Positions 1-9,264 of a stretch of 64,000 bases of DNA are shown in pieces. The stretch is from the IMG/VR virus record IMGVR_UViG_3300021077_000115, positions 174,064 to 238,063 of that record. One strand, given 5' to 3'. The notes beneath the pieces were generated by a model, which was not told the DNA's origin, ran no database searches, and saw nothing but the letters and a program-made list of their open reading frames with translations. Source of the stretch: a virus. Position 1 is the stretch's first letter, and every line of letters starts with the position of its first letter. The position numbers were made by a program, and so were the translations under genes.

Positions 1-167
1 AATATTTGTGTGTAAATTGTAATCACGAATGGGAACAGGAGTCTAAGATAACCGAAGATGCCGAAAAATTTTGCCCCAAGTGTGGCCAAGAAACTGCCAA
101 ACGATTGGTTTCTGGAGGCCTAGGGTTTCAACTCCAGGGAAGTGGATGGTTCAAGGACGGCTATTAA
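1..167 (+). CDS. FmdB-family zinc-ribbon protein, C-terminal part (start lies just outside window)
   Basis: Frame-0 translation YLCVNCNHEWEQ...CPKCGQETAKRLVSGGLGFQLQGSGWFKDGY* matches FmdB zinc-ribbon architecture (CxxC...CPxCG...GSGW); TAA at 165-167. Confidence 0.55.
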   Translation, partial: YLCVNCNHEWEQESKITEDAEKFCPKCGQETAKRLVSGGLGFQLQGSGWFKDGY

Positions 168-181
168 TCTGATAGTAATAT

Positions 182-787
182 ATGGCAATGTTAGCAATTC
201 CAATCCAGCCGGACATATCTAGACTGTTCCAAGAATTTGATCTTGATATTGAACGTGATCCTTCAGATCATATAACTATGTTTTATTTCGGCGATGATTT
301 GCCAATATCTAAGGTATTGAAAATCATACCTGTGATATTTGAAATAACAAATGATCTGAAACCATTTACAGCCTCAGCCTCAAATTATTCATCCTTTGAC
401 TCGGATGAAGAATATCCTATAATATGTCCAGTCAAATCTAAAGGCTTGATTGACCTAAGAGAAAAAATCAAGAAAGCATTCGATAGTAAAAAGATACCAT
501 ACGATAAGAAGTTTCCTGACTATAAACCTCATATCACTTTGGGTTACTCAAAAGAAAAGAAAAAGAATACCAAGTTCCCAAAGGTTGAGTTTACAATATC
601 CCAAATTTCTCTTTATGCAGGTGATAGTTCTGACACAAAGCTATTCGTTAATTTTCCGTTTACAATAAATAAGTTTTCTAAATTAGACTTGATGTCTTCT
701 TTGTATGCAAAACATACCTACGGAGATTATGAACGCTCCATCAATAACAATATCTCAAAGTCAGTTAGAATCTGCTCGCCCAGATGA
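182..787 (+). CDS. 2H phosphoesterase superfamily protein (LigT-like 2'-5' RNA ligase / cyclic phosphodiesterase)
   Basis: Two H-x-T/S-x motifs about 100 aa apart (DHITMFYF and KPHITLGYS), typical of LigT/2H family; stop TGA. Confidence 0.55.
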   Translation: MAMLAIPIQPDISRLFQEFDLDIERDPSDHITMFYFGDDLPISKVLKIIPVIFEITNDLKPFTASASNYSSFDSDEEYPIICPVKSKGLIDLREKIKKAFDSKKIPYDKKFPDYKPHITLGYSKEKKKNTKFPKVEFTISQISLYAGDSSDTKLFVNFPFTINKFSKLDLMSSLYAKHTYGDYERSINNNISKSVRICSPR

Positions 788-896
788 TTTATTGCGCCTT
801 GCTAAATATCTCAAACTCAATAACTTCTATGAACTTGAACACGAACAGTTGGCCTTCGTCATCTCAATGGTACTGTCCGATCAATATTTGAATTCA

Positions 897-1229
897 TTAA
901 AGGATTCTTTCTAACTCTGGATACATGAGCATGAGTCTGAGTGGGCTGCCAACAATTTTGATTGTGGATATTTTGTTGATTTTAACAGAGGATGTAGACC
1001 ATAGTATAGATGGGTCTTTGGAGAAGTAGAGGCTCTCTATCCAAATTGGAAGCCGGCTCTTCAGAACGTTAAGTGATTGTTGTTTAAATCCTTCTTTGGT
1101 AACTACAATCAATTCCGAATTTAGATAATTTATGAAAGCAGCCTTAACAAATCCAAAAGATATAAGATTCTTTACGATTTCTACATTGGCAAAAGTACGA
1201 TTTACAAGATCATCTATTTCTTCTTCCAT
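897..1229 (-). CDS. hypothetical protein
   Basis: 110-aa ORF, no recognisable motif. Confidence 0.35.
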   Translation of the reverse strand: MEEEIDDLVNRTFANVEIVKNLISFGFVKAAFINYLNSELIVVTKEGFKQQSLNVLKSRLPIWIESLYFSKDPSILWSTSSVKINKISTIKIVGSPLRLMLMYPELERIL

Positions 1230-1234
1230 TTTTG

Positions 1235-1305
1235 TGGAGCCGGCGAGATTCGAACTAGCGAATCAACGTTGCGAACGTTGCATGATCCCACTTCATCACG
1301 GTCCC
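1235..1305 (-). tRNA. tRNA-Ala (anticodon CGC), minus strand
   Basis: RC reads GGGACCG..ATGA AGTGGGA TCAT..CAACG TTCGCAA CGTTG..T-arm TTCGAAT..CGGCTCC A; G3.U70 Ala identity pair; one A.C and one T.C mismatch in stems. Confidence 0.55.
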
Positions 1306-1323
1306 GTGTTCCTTGATGCAGAA

Positions 1324-2037
1324 TTATTGCTTGACCAATCTGCAATCCATCAGTGGAACGCAATGCCCATCAGCATCGCATTTATACACTCTACATAATA
1401 CTCTATCTGGAGATTGTCCACAGCCACATCCACCAAAAACAGCAGTGGATTGTACCTGGTTATACCAATGGTTCTCTCTTGGATATTTAGGATCACACCT
1501 GGCTGGATAATAAGGGGATCTTCCGTCTTCAACAATTATTCCACCAGATGAGCCGCAACAATTACATTCTTTATCATAGGGCTTGCATGTTGTATCGCAT
1601 CCACAATTACCATGGCAGCCACAATCTTTCTTAGCCTCTTCTTGTTTGCCACATCCACAACCTTCCTTTTTGCAAGAACGATGCAGATTGGTATCGAAGA
1701 TTCCTAACTGACCCCAATAGATGTTTGATAGATAGAATGCTTGCCCAGTTGGGCCAAAGCAATTCTTCTCAATATACACCATACTCTCGCGAACGAAGAT
1801 GACCACGTCCATCTCTGTTCGATTGGCAGTCTCCCGGAAGTCCCTCATGACCATCACTCGTTGTTGTAGCGCCCGGATGCTCTGCGGATAGCCAGGGTCC
1901 GCAGCGATGCGGAGGTCTAGATCCTGGCCTGTAATCGTTTCATTAATGTGCAACTGAATCTGTAGCCGATTCTGCACACTGGCTGAAAGATCGTTGTTGA
2001 CCATGACAAGTGCCCCTGGCAATGCGATTGATCCCAT
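1324..2037 (-). CDS. hypothetical protein with Cys-rich (CGCG-repeat) C-terminal region
   Basis: 237-aa ORF; C-terminal half has about 25 Cys in CGCG / CxC clusters (metal-binding-like). Confidence 0.4.
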   Translation of the reverse strand: MGSIALPGALVMVNNDLSASVQNRLQIQLHINETITGQDLDLRIAADPGYPQSIRALQQRVMVMRDFRETANRTEMDVVIFVRESMVYIEKNCFGPTGQAFYLSNIYWGQLGIFDTNLHRSCKKEGCGCGKQEEAKKDCGCHGNCGCDTTCKPYDKECNCCGSSGGIIVEDGRSPYYPARCDPKYPRENHWYNQVQSTAVFGGCGCGQSPDRVLCRVYKCDADGHCVPLMDCRLVKQ

Positions 2038-2252
2038 ACCTGTATGCGGTGGTAATAGTCTAGTTGTTCGGCCTGTTTAAATAGGCACTAGAAGTCTTGA
2101 CAGATAAAAATGATTCCGATATTCTGCAATAAGTAATTTGGTTCCAGTATAGCTGCAACGTCTGGAAAACTAAATTCATTTGACATCATCGCATACAGCT
2201 GATATCGTCAGCCATATTTTATTGAATCAAAGTCCGTAACAAGGAGGTTTCC

Positions 2253-2936
2253 GTGCTGGGAAAATTCGGCAGTCTATTTTGGGAAAGCGACACGAAGGGA
2301 TCTCCGGCAGAAAAGCCAGCGCCAGCTGCAAAGCCAGGAAAGCCAGTAGCAATCCCCGCCATTGATCCGGTAGTTGTTCCGGCTCGCGTGGCCCCGAAGC
2401 CCCAAATAACGATTCCTGGCCAAGTGGACGAAGCGATGGCCAAGATTCTGGAAGATGCAATCTTGGAAGCTAACATTCCTGGATTCGACTACGTCGAGTT
2501 CCGCGATGTTTTAGCCAACATGAGCACACTCGGGCTGCCAGAACCAAAGATGTTCCAGGCCGCATTCGCCTCGGCGCAGATTGCCAAGGTAACCAAGACC
2601 CAACTGCTAGAAGCTATTGACTTCTACCTAAAGGTAATCGCTACGAAAGAGAAGGAATTCGAGGACTATGTGGCCGGTTTGAGGGCTACTGAGGTTACCG
2701 GCAAGGATCAGGAAATTGCCGACCTCGAAGCTCAGGTCGAAGCCGATGCCGCCAAGATTCAGGAATTGACTGCTGCAATCGGCGAGCGTAGACAGAAGCA
2801 AGACGCGATTCGCATGGGAAAAGCTCAAGCTGATTTGGACATCAACAACAAGACAGCTGCATTCGAAGCAACGAAGGCCGCTATTGTTGGCAGACTAAAT
2901 TCTGATCGAAGCAAAATTGATACCTACATACAGTGA
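2253..2936 (+). CDS. hypothetical coiled-coil protein (Pro/Ala-rich N-terminus)
   Basis: GTG start 9 nt after AGGAGG; first gene of the GC-rich island; stop TGA overlaps next gene. Confidence 0.5.
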   Translation: MLGKFGSLFWESDTKGSPAEKPAPAAKPGKPVAIPAIDPVVVPARVAPKPQITIPGQVDEAMAKILEDAILEANIPGFDYVEFRDVLANMSTLGLPEPKMFQAAFASAQIAKVTKTQLLEAIDFYLKVIATKEKEFEDYVAGLRATEVTGKDQEIADLEAQVEADAAKIQELTAAIGERRQKQDAIRMGKAQADLDINNKTAAFEATKAAIVGRLNSDRSKIDTYIQ

Positions 2937-3985
2937 GCAAAATGGACACATCAAAAATCAAGAGTTTTTGGGATAAGCCTGAGGGCAATACCGGAATGAT
3001 CGTACTCGGCACTCTTATTGTCGGTGGAGGAATATTTGTATTAAAAAACATAGATTTCCTCATTAGTCTTGCTCAGAATGCCATTTACTTCGGCTTTCTA
3101 TTGGGTGTGATTGGTATTTCTGTTGCTGCTTTGATGAACCCAAGATTCCGGTTCTTGTGCAGTTCGATATTCCAATCAATCATGCGCGGTATCACTAGTA
3201 TCTGGATTGCTGTTGATGCAATTGGGATTCTCAAGAACTACTTGGTCGAAATGGTCAAGAAGCTGAAGATGATCGGTAACTACATAACCCAGCTAGCCGG
3301 TCAAGTTGGTAAGGTCGGACGCGACATCGCGGCCCGCAAGAAAAAGGTTGAAGAATACATGCGCACAGCTGCTGCGGCGAAAAAGCGCAACGACATGGAA
3401 ACCGCCAGCTTGCAGGGCACTTTCGCAGCACGTGAAATTGAATTCATTGAACGACGTCAAGCCAGTCTCGATAAGATGGAAAATACGCTTGAGATTCTCA
3501 AGCGAATGGAGGGCCGACTCAACATTCTGTACCAGGATACCGAGAACCAAGTACAGATGCTAACGGATGAGTACGAAGCCGTGAAGGCCTCTTACAAAGC
3601 CATGAAAGGTGCAGAGGCGCTCATCAATGGCGATGAAGCAAAAGCTCTCTTTGATCAAGCTTGTCAATATGTAACAGACGACATTGGCATGAAACTTGGT
3701 GAGATGGATCGCTTCATGGAACAGGCCAAAGGCTCGTTGACTACCATGGATCTAAAGCAAGACGTGCTCAACGACAAGGGCCTGGAGCTGTTGTCTAACT
3801 GGGAAAAGACCGGCATTCTTAGCTACGAATCTGGCCAGCTTAGTCGGGTTGCCAAGGGCGAAAAGGTTCGAGTAGCTACCGATGGCTCGCCATCAACTGA
3901 TGAGCTCGAAGAGGCCGAAATGGCACAAGCTCGCGCTAATGGTGATCGTCCTAGTTCATTCTCAGCGATCTTCAATAAAAAGTAA
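2933..3985 (+). CDS. membrane-anchored coiled-coil protein (possibly PspA/TelA-like, unconfirmed)
   Basis: Two N-terminal hydrophobic helices followed by about 250 aa of heptad-rich sequence; ATGA start overlap with upstream gene. Confidence 0.45.
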   Translation: MSKMDTSKIKSFWDKPEGNTGMIVLGTLIVGGGIFVLKNIDFLISLAQNAIYFGFLLGVIGISVAALMNPRFRFLCSSIFQSIMRGITSIWIAVDAIGILKNYLVEMVKKLKMIGNYITQLAGQVGKVGRDIAARKKKVEEYMRTAAAAKKRNDMETASLQGTFAAREIEFIERRQASLDKMENTLEILKRMEGRLNILYQDTENQVQMLTDEYEAVKASYKAMKGAEALINGDEAKALFDQACQYVTDDIGMKLGEMDRFMEQAKGSLTTMDLKQDVLNDKGLELLSNWEKTGILSYESGQLSRVAKGEKVRVATDGSPSTDELEEAEMAQARANGDRPSSFSAIFNKK

Positions 3986-4030
3986 ATTCTCACGACCTAA
4001 TGAACAACAAATCGACAGAGGATAATCAAA

Positions 4031-5599
4031 ATGGGCATGAAACCAGCTGGTAAAGCAGTAATTATGTTGGCGGTAGCGGGTGCTCTTATAGCCGCATTTC
4101 ACTATCGAAGCGCAATCATTCCGGAAGGTAAAAAGGCCGAGGATGTAACTGGCCTCATGGCAAAGGGCGACTCAAGCGGCGATATTGAAGGCTCAGGCAG
4201 CGGCATTCCCGCAGCCGCAGGCCCCAACAAATGTATCACGGTCGGTGTTGTAACCTGGCCCGGATACGCCGGTGGTGAATATTGGAACAACGGCTTCGAA
4301 GACAACGAAGGCTCACGTTACCACAAGGACGGCATTTGCGTGAACTTCAAGCTCATGGATGACTTCGCGGCCTCACGCGCGGCGTTCCGTGGCAACAAGG
4401 TGGATCTCATGTGGTCCACTATCGATTCATTCCCAACCGAGTCAGGCGGCTTTGGCGAGAACGTTAGGTTCCTCTTTCAAGCTGACTGGTCACGTGGCGG
4501 TGACGCTATCGTGGTTCGAAAGGGCATCGGTTCAGTAGCTGATCTTTCCGGTAAAAAGATTGCGGTTGCCGAAGGTACGCCGAGCCATACCTTCCTGTTG
4601 TGGATGTTGGACATGGGCGGCCTTAGTATGATGGACGTCACCATCATCAAGCAGAATAGCGCTATTGATGCGGCCACTGCATTCAAGTCTGGCAACGTCG
4701 ATGCAGCCGTCGTCTGGTCTCCTGATGATTCAGACTGCGTCAAATCAGTTGCTGGGTCTTCAATTCTGATCAACACCAAAAAGGCCACTCACATCATTTC
4801 CGATGGCTTCTTCATCAAAGAGTCAACCTATCAACGACGCAAGCCGGAACTTGTCAAGTTGGTGCGTGGTTGGTTGCAGGGTGCAAAAGAAATCAATGAG
4901 TCTGCAGCTGCCAAAGCACAAGCGATCAAGATTCTGCAAACTCCGCCTCTCAAAGGAATTGAGCCCGATGCTATCGACAACGTTCGCCTGACAACTTACG
5001 GCGACAACCTAGAGTTCTTTGGGCTTAACCCAGGCTACACAGGCGTAACCGGCAAGCAACTGTACGAAAAGATGACTACCGTTTATGGCAAGCTCAATCT
5101 CGCAACGAATCCTCTGCCATGGGACAAGATCGTCGATCTTGATTTCATCAAAGGTCTAGGCCTCGATGCGGCACAAGGTGGAGTTGCAGAGAAGAAAGCT
5201 ACCTTCTCGGCCCCCACAGCGGCGATTGCACAGTCAAAGGCGATTGCCAGCAAGCCAGTCAGGGTTTCGTTTGCGAGCGGCAGCTCAGTGCTTGACGAGA
5301 ATGCCAAGAGCCTCATCGAAGATCGCTTCGTTGAAGCGGCCAAAGCCTTCCCAGGCCAACACATTCGCGTCATTGGCAACACGGATAACACCGGCAATGC
5401 AGCGGTCAATACTCGCATCAGCAAGGAGCGCGCACGAGCGGTGGTTGAGTATTTGGTGACTCAGCAAGGATTCGACCGCAATCGATTCTCACCTTCGAAT
5501 GGTGAGGGCGTGGGCCCGAGCAATCCGCTCTGCACCGATGATACACCTGCGTGTTTGGCAAAGAATCGAAGAACGGACTTCCAGATCCTAGAGAACTAA
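4031..5599 (+). CDS. ABC transporter substrate-binding protein (NitT/TauT/SsuA-like) fused to a C-terminal OmpA-like peptidoglycan-binding domain
   Basis: SD GAGGA; signal-anchor N-terminus; C-terminal NTDNTG...LSKERARAVVEYL...NRRTDFQIL is the OmpA_C motif. Confidence 0.65.
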   Translation: MGMKPAGKAVIMLAVAGALIAAFHYRSAIIPEGKKAEDVTGLMAKGDSSGDIEGSGSGIPAAAGPNKCITVGVVTWPGYAGGEYWNNGFEDNEGSRYHKDGICVNFKLMDDFAASRAAFRGNKVDLMWSTIDSFPTESGGFGENVRFLFQADWSRGGDAIVVRKGIGSVADLSGKKIAVAEGTPSHTFLLWMLDMGGLSMMDVTIIKQNSAIDAATAFKSGNVDAAVVWSPDDSDCVKSVAGSSILINTKKATHIISDGFFIKESTYQRRKPELVKLVRGWLQGAKEINESAAAKAQAIKILQTPPLKGIEPDAIDNVRLTTYGDNLEFFGLNPGYTGVTGKQLYEKMTTVYGKLNLATNPLPWDKIVDLDFIKGLGLDAAQGGVAEKKATFSAPTAAIAQSKAIASKPVRVSFASGSSVLDENAKSLIEDRFVEAAKAFPGQHIRVIGNTDNTGNAAVNTRISKERARAVVEYLVTQQGFDRNRFSPSNGEGVGPSNPLCTDDTPACLAKNRRTDFQILEN

Positions 5600-5604
5600 C
5601 CAAA

Positions 5605-6390
5605 ATGTCATCCCTCTTTGAAATACGAGGGACGCCGAGCCAGAGGATGTCAACAGCCTTGCAAGTTGCTGGCATCCTCGCTTTGCTGTCTCTTTGGGCT
5701 GGTATCTGCGCAACCGGCTTAGTCGGTCCGCGCCTCTTACCGTCACCGCTGGCGGTAATTCAGACCATTCCGGATTTGCACTTCAAAGACGCAATGGTTC
5801 GGAACCTACTCTACTCGTGCTTTCTAAATCTCATGGGCTACGCAGAAGCGGTTGCCATCTGTCTGCCGCTCGGGTTCATAATTGGAATGTTCCCGCTAAC
5901 CCATGGAATGTTTAGCAAACCAGTTGATTCGATTCGGTACCTGCCACTGACAGCCTTGACTGGGCTCTTTATGGTTTGGTTCGGAATCGAAAACGCGATG
6001 AAGATCCAGTTCCTTGCGTTCGGGATCAGCGTCTACCTGTTACCTGTGGTTGTTCAACGTGTGCGAGAAGTTCCAACGCTGTATCAACAAACAGCTTTCA
6101 CTTTGGGAGCATCCAAGTTTCAGATGTTCCAAACTGTATTCTGGCCACATGTCAGAAGTCGAATTATTCTAGACATCCAGGTACTAGTTGCTATAAGCTG
6201 GACTTACATCATCGTTGCGGAGATGATGAATAACACAGGCGGCATTGGTGGCATGCTCTACAGTTCTGCGAGAGCCGGACGTACCGATAAGACATTCGCA
6301 CTGCTAGCCGTCATCATCTTGGTTGGCTACATCCAAGACAAGATATTCCTTGGGCTGGACATGCTCGTCAATCCACACAAATACTCGTGA
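5605..6390 (+). CDS. ABC transporter permease (NitT/TauT family type)
   Basis: Six or more hydrophobic segments; BPD-transporter-like EAA-type loop; ATG just after the upstream stop. Confidence 0.65.
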   Translation: MSSLFEIRGTPSQRMSTALQVAGILALLSLWAGICATGLVGPRLLPSPLAVIQTIPDLHFKDAMVRNLLYSCFLNLMGYAEAVAICLPLGFIIGMFPLTHGMFSKPVDSIRYLPLTALTGLFMVWFGIENAMKIQFLAFGISVYLLPVVVQRVREVPTLYQQTAFTLGASKFQMFQTVFWPHVRSRIILDIQVLVAISWTYIIVAEMMNNTGGIGGMLYSSARAGRTDKTFALLAVIILVGYIQDKIFLGLDMLVNPHKYS

Positions 6391-6396
6391 GGTTAT

Positions 6397-7209
6397 ATGG
6401 CAGCTCAAGTTGTACAAATGGTGAATACTGAGCTTCCAGATATTCTGGAGCTGAGAAATATCCAGCAAATCTACAAAGACGCAGATGGAACAGATCACGT
6501 TGTCATCGATGGCTTGAATCTTCTCATTGAAGATTTACCAGGGAAAGGTGAGTTTGTTGTCATTCTCGGATCTTCAGGTTGTGGAAAGAGTCACATCCTT
6601 CGCTACCTGAGCGGGCTACAAACGCCAACATCCGGCGATGTTTTGATTGCTGGTCGTCCTCGATTATCAACAGACTACGTTGGTATGGTATTTCAGGCCT
6701 ACTCTTCATTCGAGCATTACACCGTCTTGGAAAACGTTGCCCTCGGGTTGAAATATCGAGGCGTGCCCAAGAAGGACCGTGAAGCTAAGGCAATGGAGAT
6801 GATCAAGAAAGTTGGTCTAGAAGGGCACGAGCACAAGTTCGCCAAAGCTCCTACACTCTCTGGAGGTCAACTGCAGCGCGTGGCGATTGCGCGCAGCCTC
6901 GCGTACGACAGCCGCATCTTGTTGATGGACGAGCCCTTTGGCGCACTCGATATCGAGACTCGTGGCAAGATGCAAGATCTACTCGCTGCAATTTGGACAA
7001 GCATCGAACCAACAATCATCATGGTAACACATGCGATTGATGAGGCGGTGTATCTTGGTGATCGAATCTATGTTATGGGTGGTTCTCCAAGCAACATCAT
7101 CAAAGAGTTCGTTTCTCCATTGCCGCTCGTGCGCAATCGGCAGATGAAACGCGATCCAGCATTCATTGACATGGTCCAAAAAATCGAAGACTTCATGATG
7201 TCTCTATGA
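6397..7209 (+). CDS. ABC transporter ATP-binding protein
   Basis: Walker A GSSGCGKSH, ABC signature LSGGQLQRVAIARSL, Walker B LLMDEPFGALD, H-loop VTHAIDE. Confidence 0.8.
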   Translation: MAAQVVQMVNTELPDILELRNIQQIYKDADGTDHVVIDGLNLLIEDLPGKGEFVVILGSSGCGKSHILRYLSGLQTPTSGDVLIAGRPRLSTDYVGMVFQAYSSFEHYTVLENVALGLKYRGVPKKDREAKAMEMIKKVGLEGHEHKFAKAPTLSGGQLQRVAIARSLAYDSRILLMDEPFGALDIETRGKMQDLLAAIWTSIEPTIIMVTHAIDEAVYLGDRIYVMGGSPSNIIKEFVSPLPLVRNRQMKRDPAFIDMVQKIEDFMMSL

Positions 7210-7215
7210 GGCTAT

Positions 7216-8898
7216 GTGGGAAACAACGACATTCGTTACTATTTCGAAAATGTGAGAAACATACTCTTAAAAAAAATTGTTGACGACTGGGATCAAAATG
7301 GAGTATCTTTCATCGAAGCTTTAGAGGCAGTAGAACACCAATCGGCAGAAGAATGTCAATGTCCAGATTGCAGTGCTGAAAGGCTGCGGAACGCAAAAGT
7401 AGGCAAGAAAATTACTAAGCAATTGGCAGAAGGCTCGCCTGAAACAACCAACTCACCGACACCGAAATTAACACCAGAAAAACAGAAAGAGACTGAAGAA
7501 ATGGCAATGACGACAGCTGACCGGGAAAAGGCCGAACAAGATTTGGCTAAACTTCGAGATATTTCCATTGTGCGACAAGGCACCAAGCTCGTAGTACCCG
7601 AGGGCATTGGATTGGATGTAGCCATCAAGGCTCTCACCCTCAAACAGCGTGAAGAAGAGCAGGAAGTTGGAATCAATATCACCCTGCCTATCGAAGTGGC
7701 TGAGGGTATGGTTGGGTTCCTTCGCGTGCTTGAGCGCGAATACGGATTCGTCACCAATACTGGGCAGCAGTCGTTCTTTGGCAATCGCCCTCCAGAATAC
7801 CTCGGCATCGAAACCACCCCAGGCCATCGCGAATCAATTCCGGTTGGCCGCCTCATGATCCCCGGTATTTCCGGATATCTCACCCCAACATTCAACGTCC
7901 AAAAGAATCGCGTTGTGTTCCGGGTCGAGGGCGAGGTCAAAGGCAAGGACCGCCACGTCGTAGACAAGATCATGGCCATGGTGGAAGAGGAGTGCAAGAG
8001 AAACTCCATCTACAAGGGCCGAGCCATCATGACGGCCTTCCCCGTTGTCGAGGATTGCAGCTCATTGGAAGATACCTTCCTAACGTTTGCAAAGCTCAAT
8101 CCGGTAAAGACAGAGGAGCTGATCTTCTCCAAGGAGACAGAAGACCAAATTACCGTTTCGCTCTTCGTACCAATCATGCAAACAGAGGCTTGCCGCAAGA
8201 ACAGCATTCCTCTCAAGCGCGGCATCTTGCTTGAAGGCCCCTACGGTACCGGCAAAACTCTAACCGCAGCTGCAACAGCAAACCTGTGCGCACAAAACGG
8301 TTGGACCTTCATCTATCTGAAGGACGTCAAGCGCCTTGCGTATGCTTACGCATTCGCAGCACAGTATCAGCCTGCTGTGATCTTCGCCGAAGACATTGAT
8401 CAGATCATCAACGGCGACGATAGCGAGGATGAGATCAACGACATCCAAAATGCCATGGACGGCATTGATTCCAAGGGTGTTGAGGTCATCACAGTTCTCA
8501 CCACGAACTTCCTCGAAAAGATCACTCGGGCCATGCTGCGCCCGGGTCGCCTTGACACCGTTGTCAGCGTTCGTGCACCTGACCGGGAAGCTGCGGTTCG
8601 TCTTGTTCGCATGTACGCGCGGAGCGAAGGTAGGGATTTGCTGGATCCGAGCTGTGATCTGGAAAACTCCAACGTTGGCGATATTCTTGCTGGCGAGATC
8701 CCTGCCATCATTCGCGAAGTTGTGGAGCGTTCAAAGCTTGCAGCGTTGCGGCGCAACAGTGGAGTGTTGACACTAACACCTGACGACATCGAGGTGACGG
8801 CCAAGAGCATGAAGGCTCACATGAACCTGCTCAAGACCCCAGAACCTGATGCTCGATCTGAGCGCGAGAAGGCAATATCTCTAATGTTAGGACAGTAA
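7216..8898 (+). CDS. AAA+ ATPase (classical AAA clade) with about 330-aa N-terminal domain of unknown function
   Basis: Walker A GPYGTGKTL, Walker B VIFAEDID, second region of homology RPGRLD. Confidence 0.7.
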   Translation: MGNNDIRYYFENVRNILLKKIVDDWDQNGVSFIEALEAVEHQSAEECQCPDCSAERLRNAKVGKKITKQLAEGSPETTNSPTPKLTPEKQKETEEMAMTTADREKAEQDLAKLRDISIVRQGTKLVVPEGIGLDVAIKALTLKQREEEQEVGINITLPIEVAEGMVGFLRVLEREYGFVTNTGQQSFFGNRPPEYLGIETTPGHRESIPVGRLMIPGISGYLTPTFNVQKNRVVFRVEGEVKGKDRHVVDKIMAMVEEECKRNSIYKGRAIMTAFPVVEDCSSLEDTFLTFAKLNPVKTEELIFSKETEDQITVSLFVPIMQTEACRKNSIPLKRGILLEGPYGTGKTLTAAATANLCAQNGWTFIYLKDVKRLAYAYAFAAQYQPAVIFAEDIDQIINGDDSEDEINDIQNAMDGIDSKGVEVITVLTTNFLEKITRAMLRPGRLDTVVSVRAPDREAAVRLVRMYARSEGRDLLDPSCDLENSNVGDILAGEIPAIIREVVERSKLAALRRNSGVLTLTPDDIEVTAKSMKAHMNLLKTPEPDARSEREKAISLMLGQ

Positions 8899-8918
8899 AA
8901 GGATCAGTTTCAAAACTC

Positions 8919-9248
8919 ATGCTTGGTAAGTACAAAGAGCTTACCAATTTTGACTTAGTTTATGCTGCCGGTTTGTATGACTACCTACCAGATAAAATTG
9001 CTACAGACATGACTACCTGGATGGTGGGAGCAACCAAGCCCGGCGGAATCACGCTGTTAACAAACTTCATAACCGGAACCCCAACTGATGGGTACATGGA
9101 AGCGTTCATGAATTGGCCGCTGATCTATCGGAACATAGATCAATTGGGAAATACTGCCAATGCAGTACGAGGCCAAGTATCTGCAACCAAAAGCTACTTT
9201 GACGATGATAATGTGATAGCTTTTATTGAGCTGCATAAACAGATTTAA
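8919..9248 (+). pseudogene. C-terminal fragment of a class I SAM-dependent methyltransferase (motif I missing)
   Basis: FDLVYAAGLYDYLPD...KPGG resembles the post-motif-I region of SAM MTases; no GxGxG motif upstream. Confidence 0.3.
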
Positions 9249-9264
9249 CATTACTGGTGCAATT

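Noticed and set aside
2933-3985. Confident PspA/Vipp1 or TelA assignment for the coiled-coil membrane protein
   Set aside because: Only generic heptad similarity and no family-specific motif I could recognise by eye. Kept as a low-confidence suggestion.
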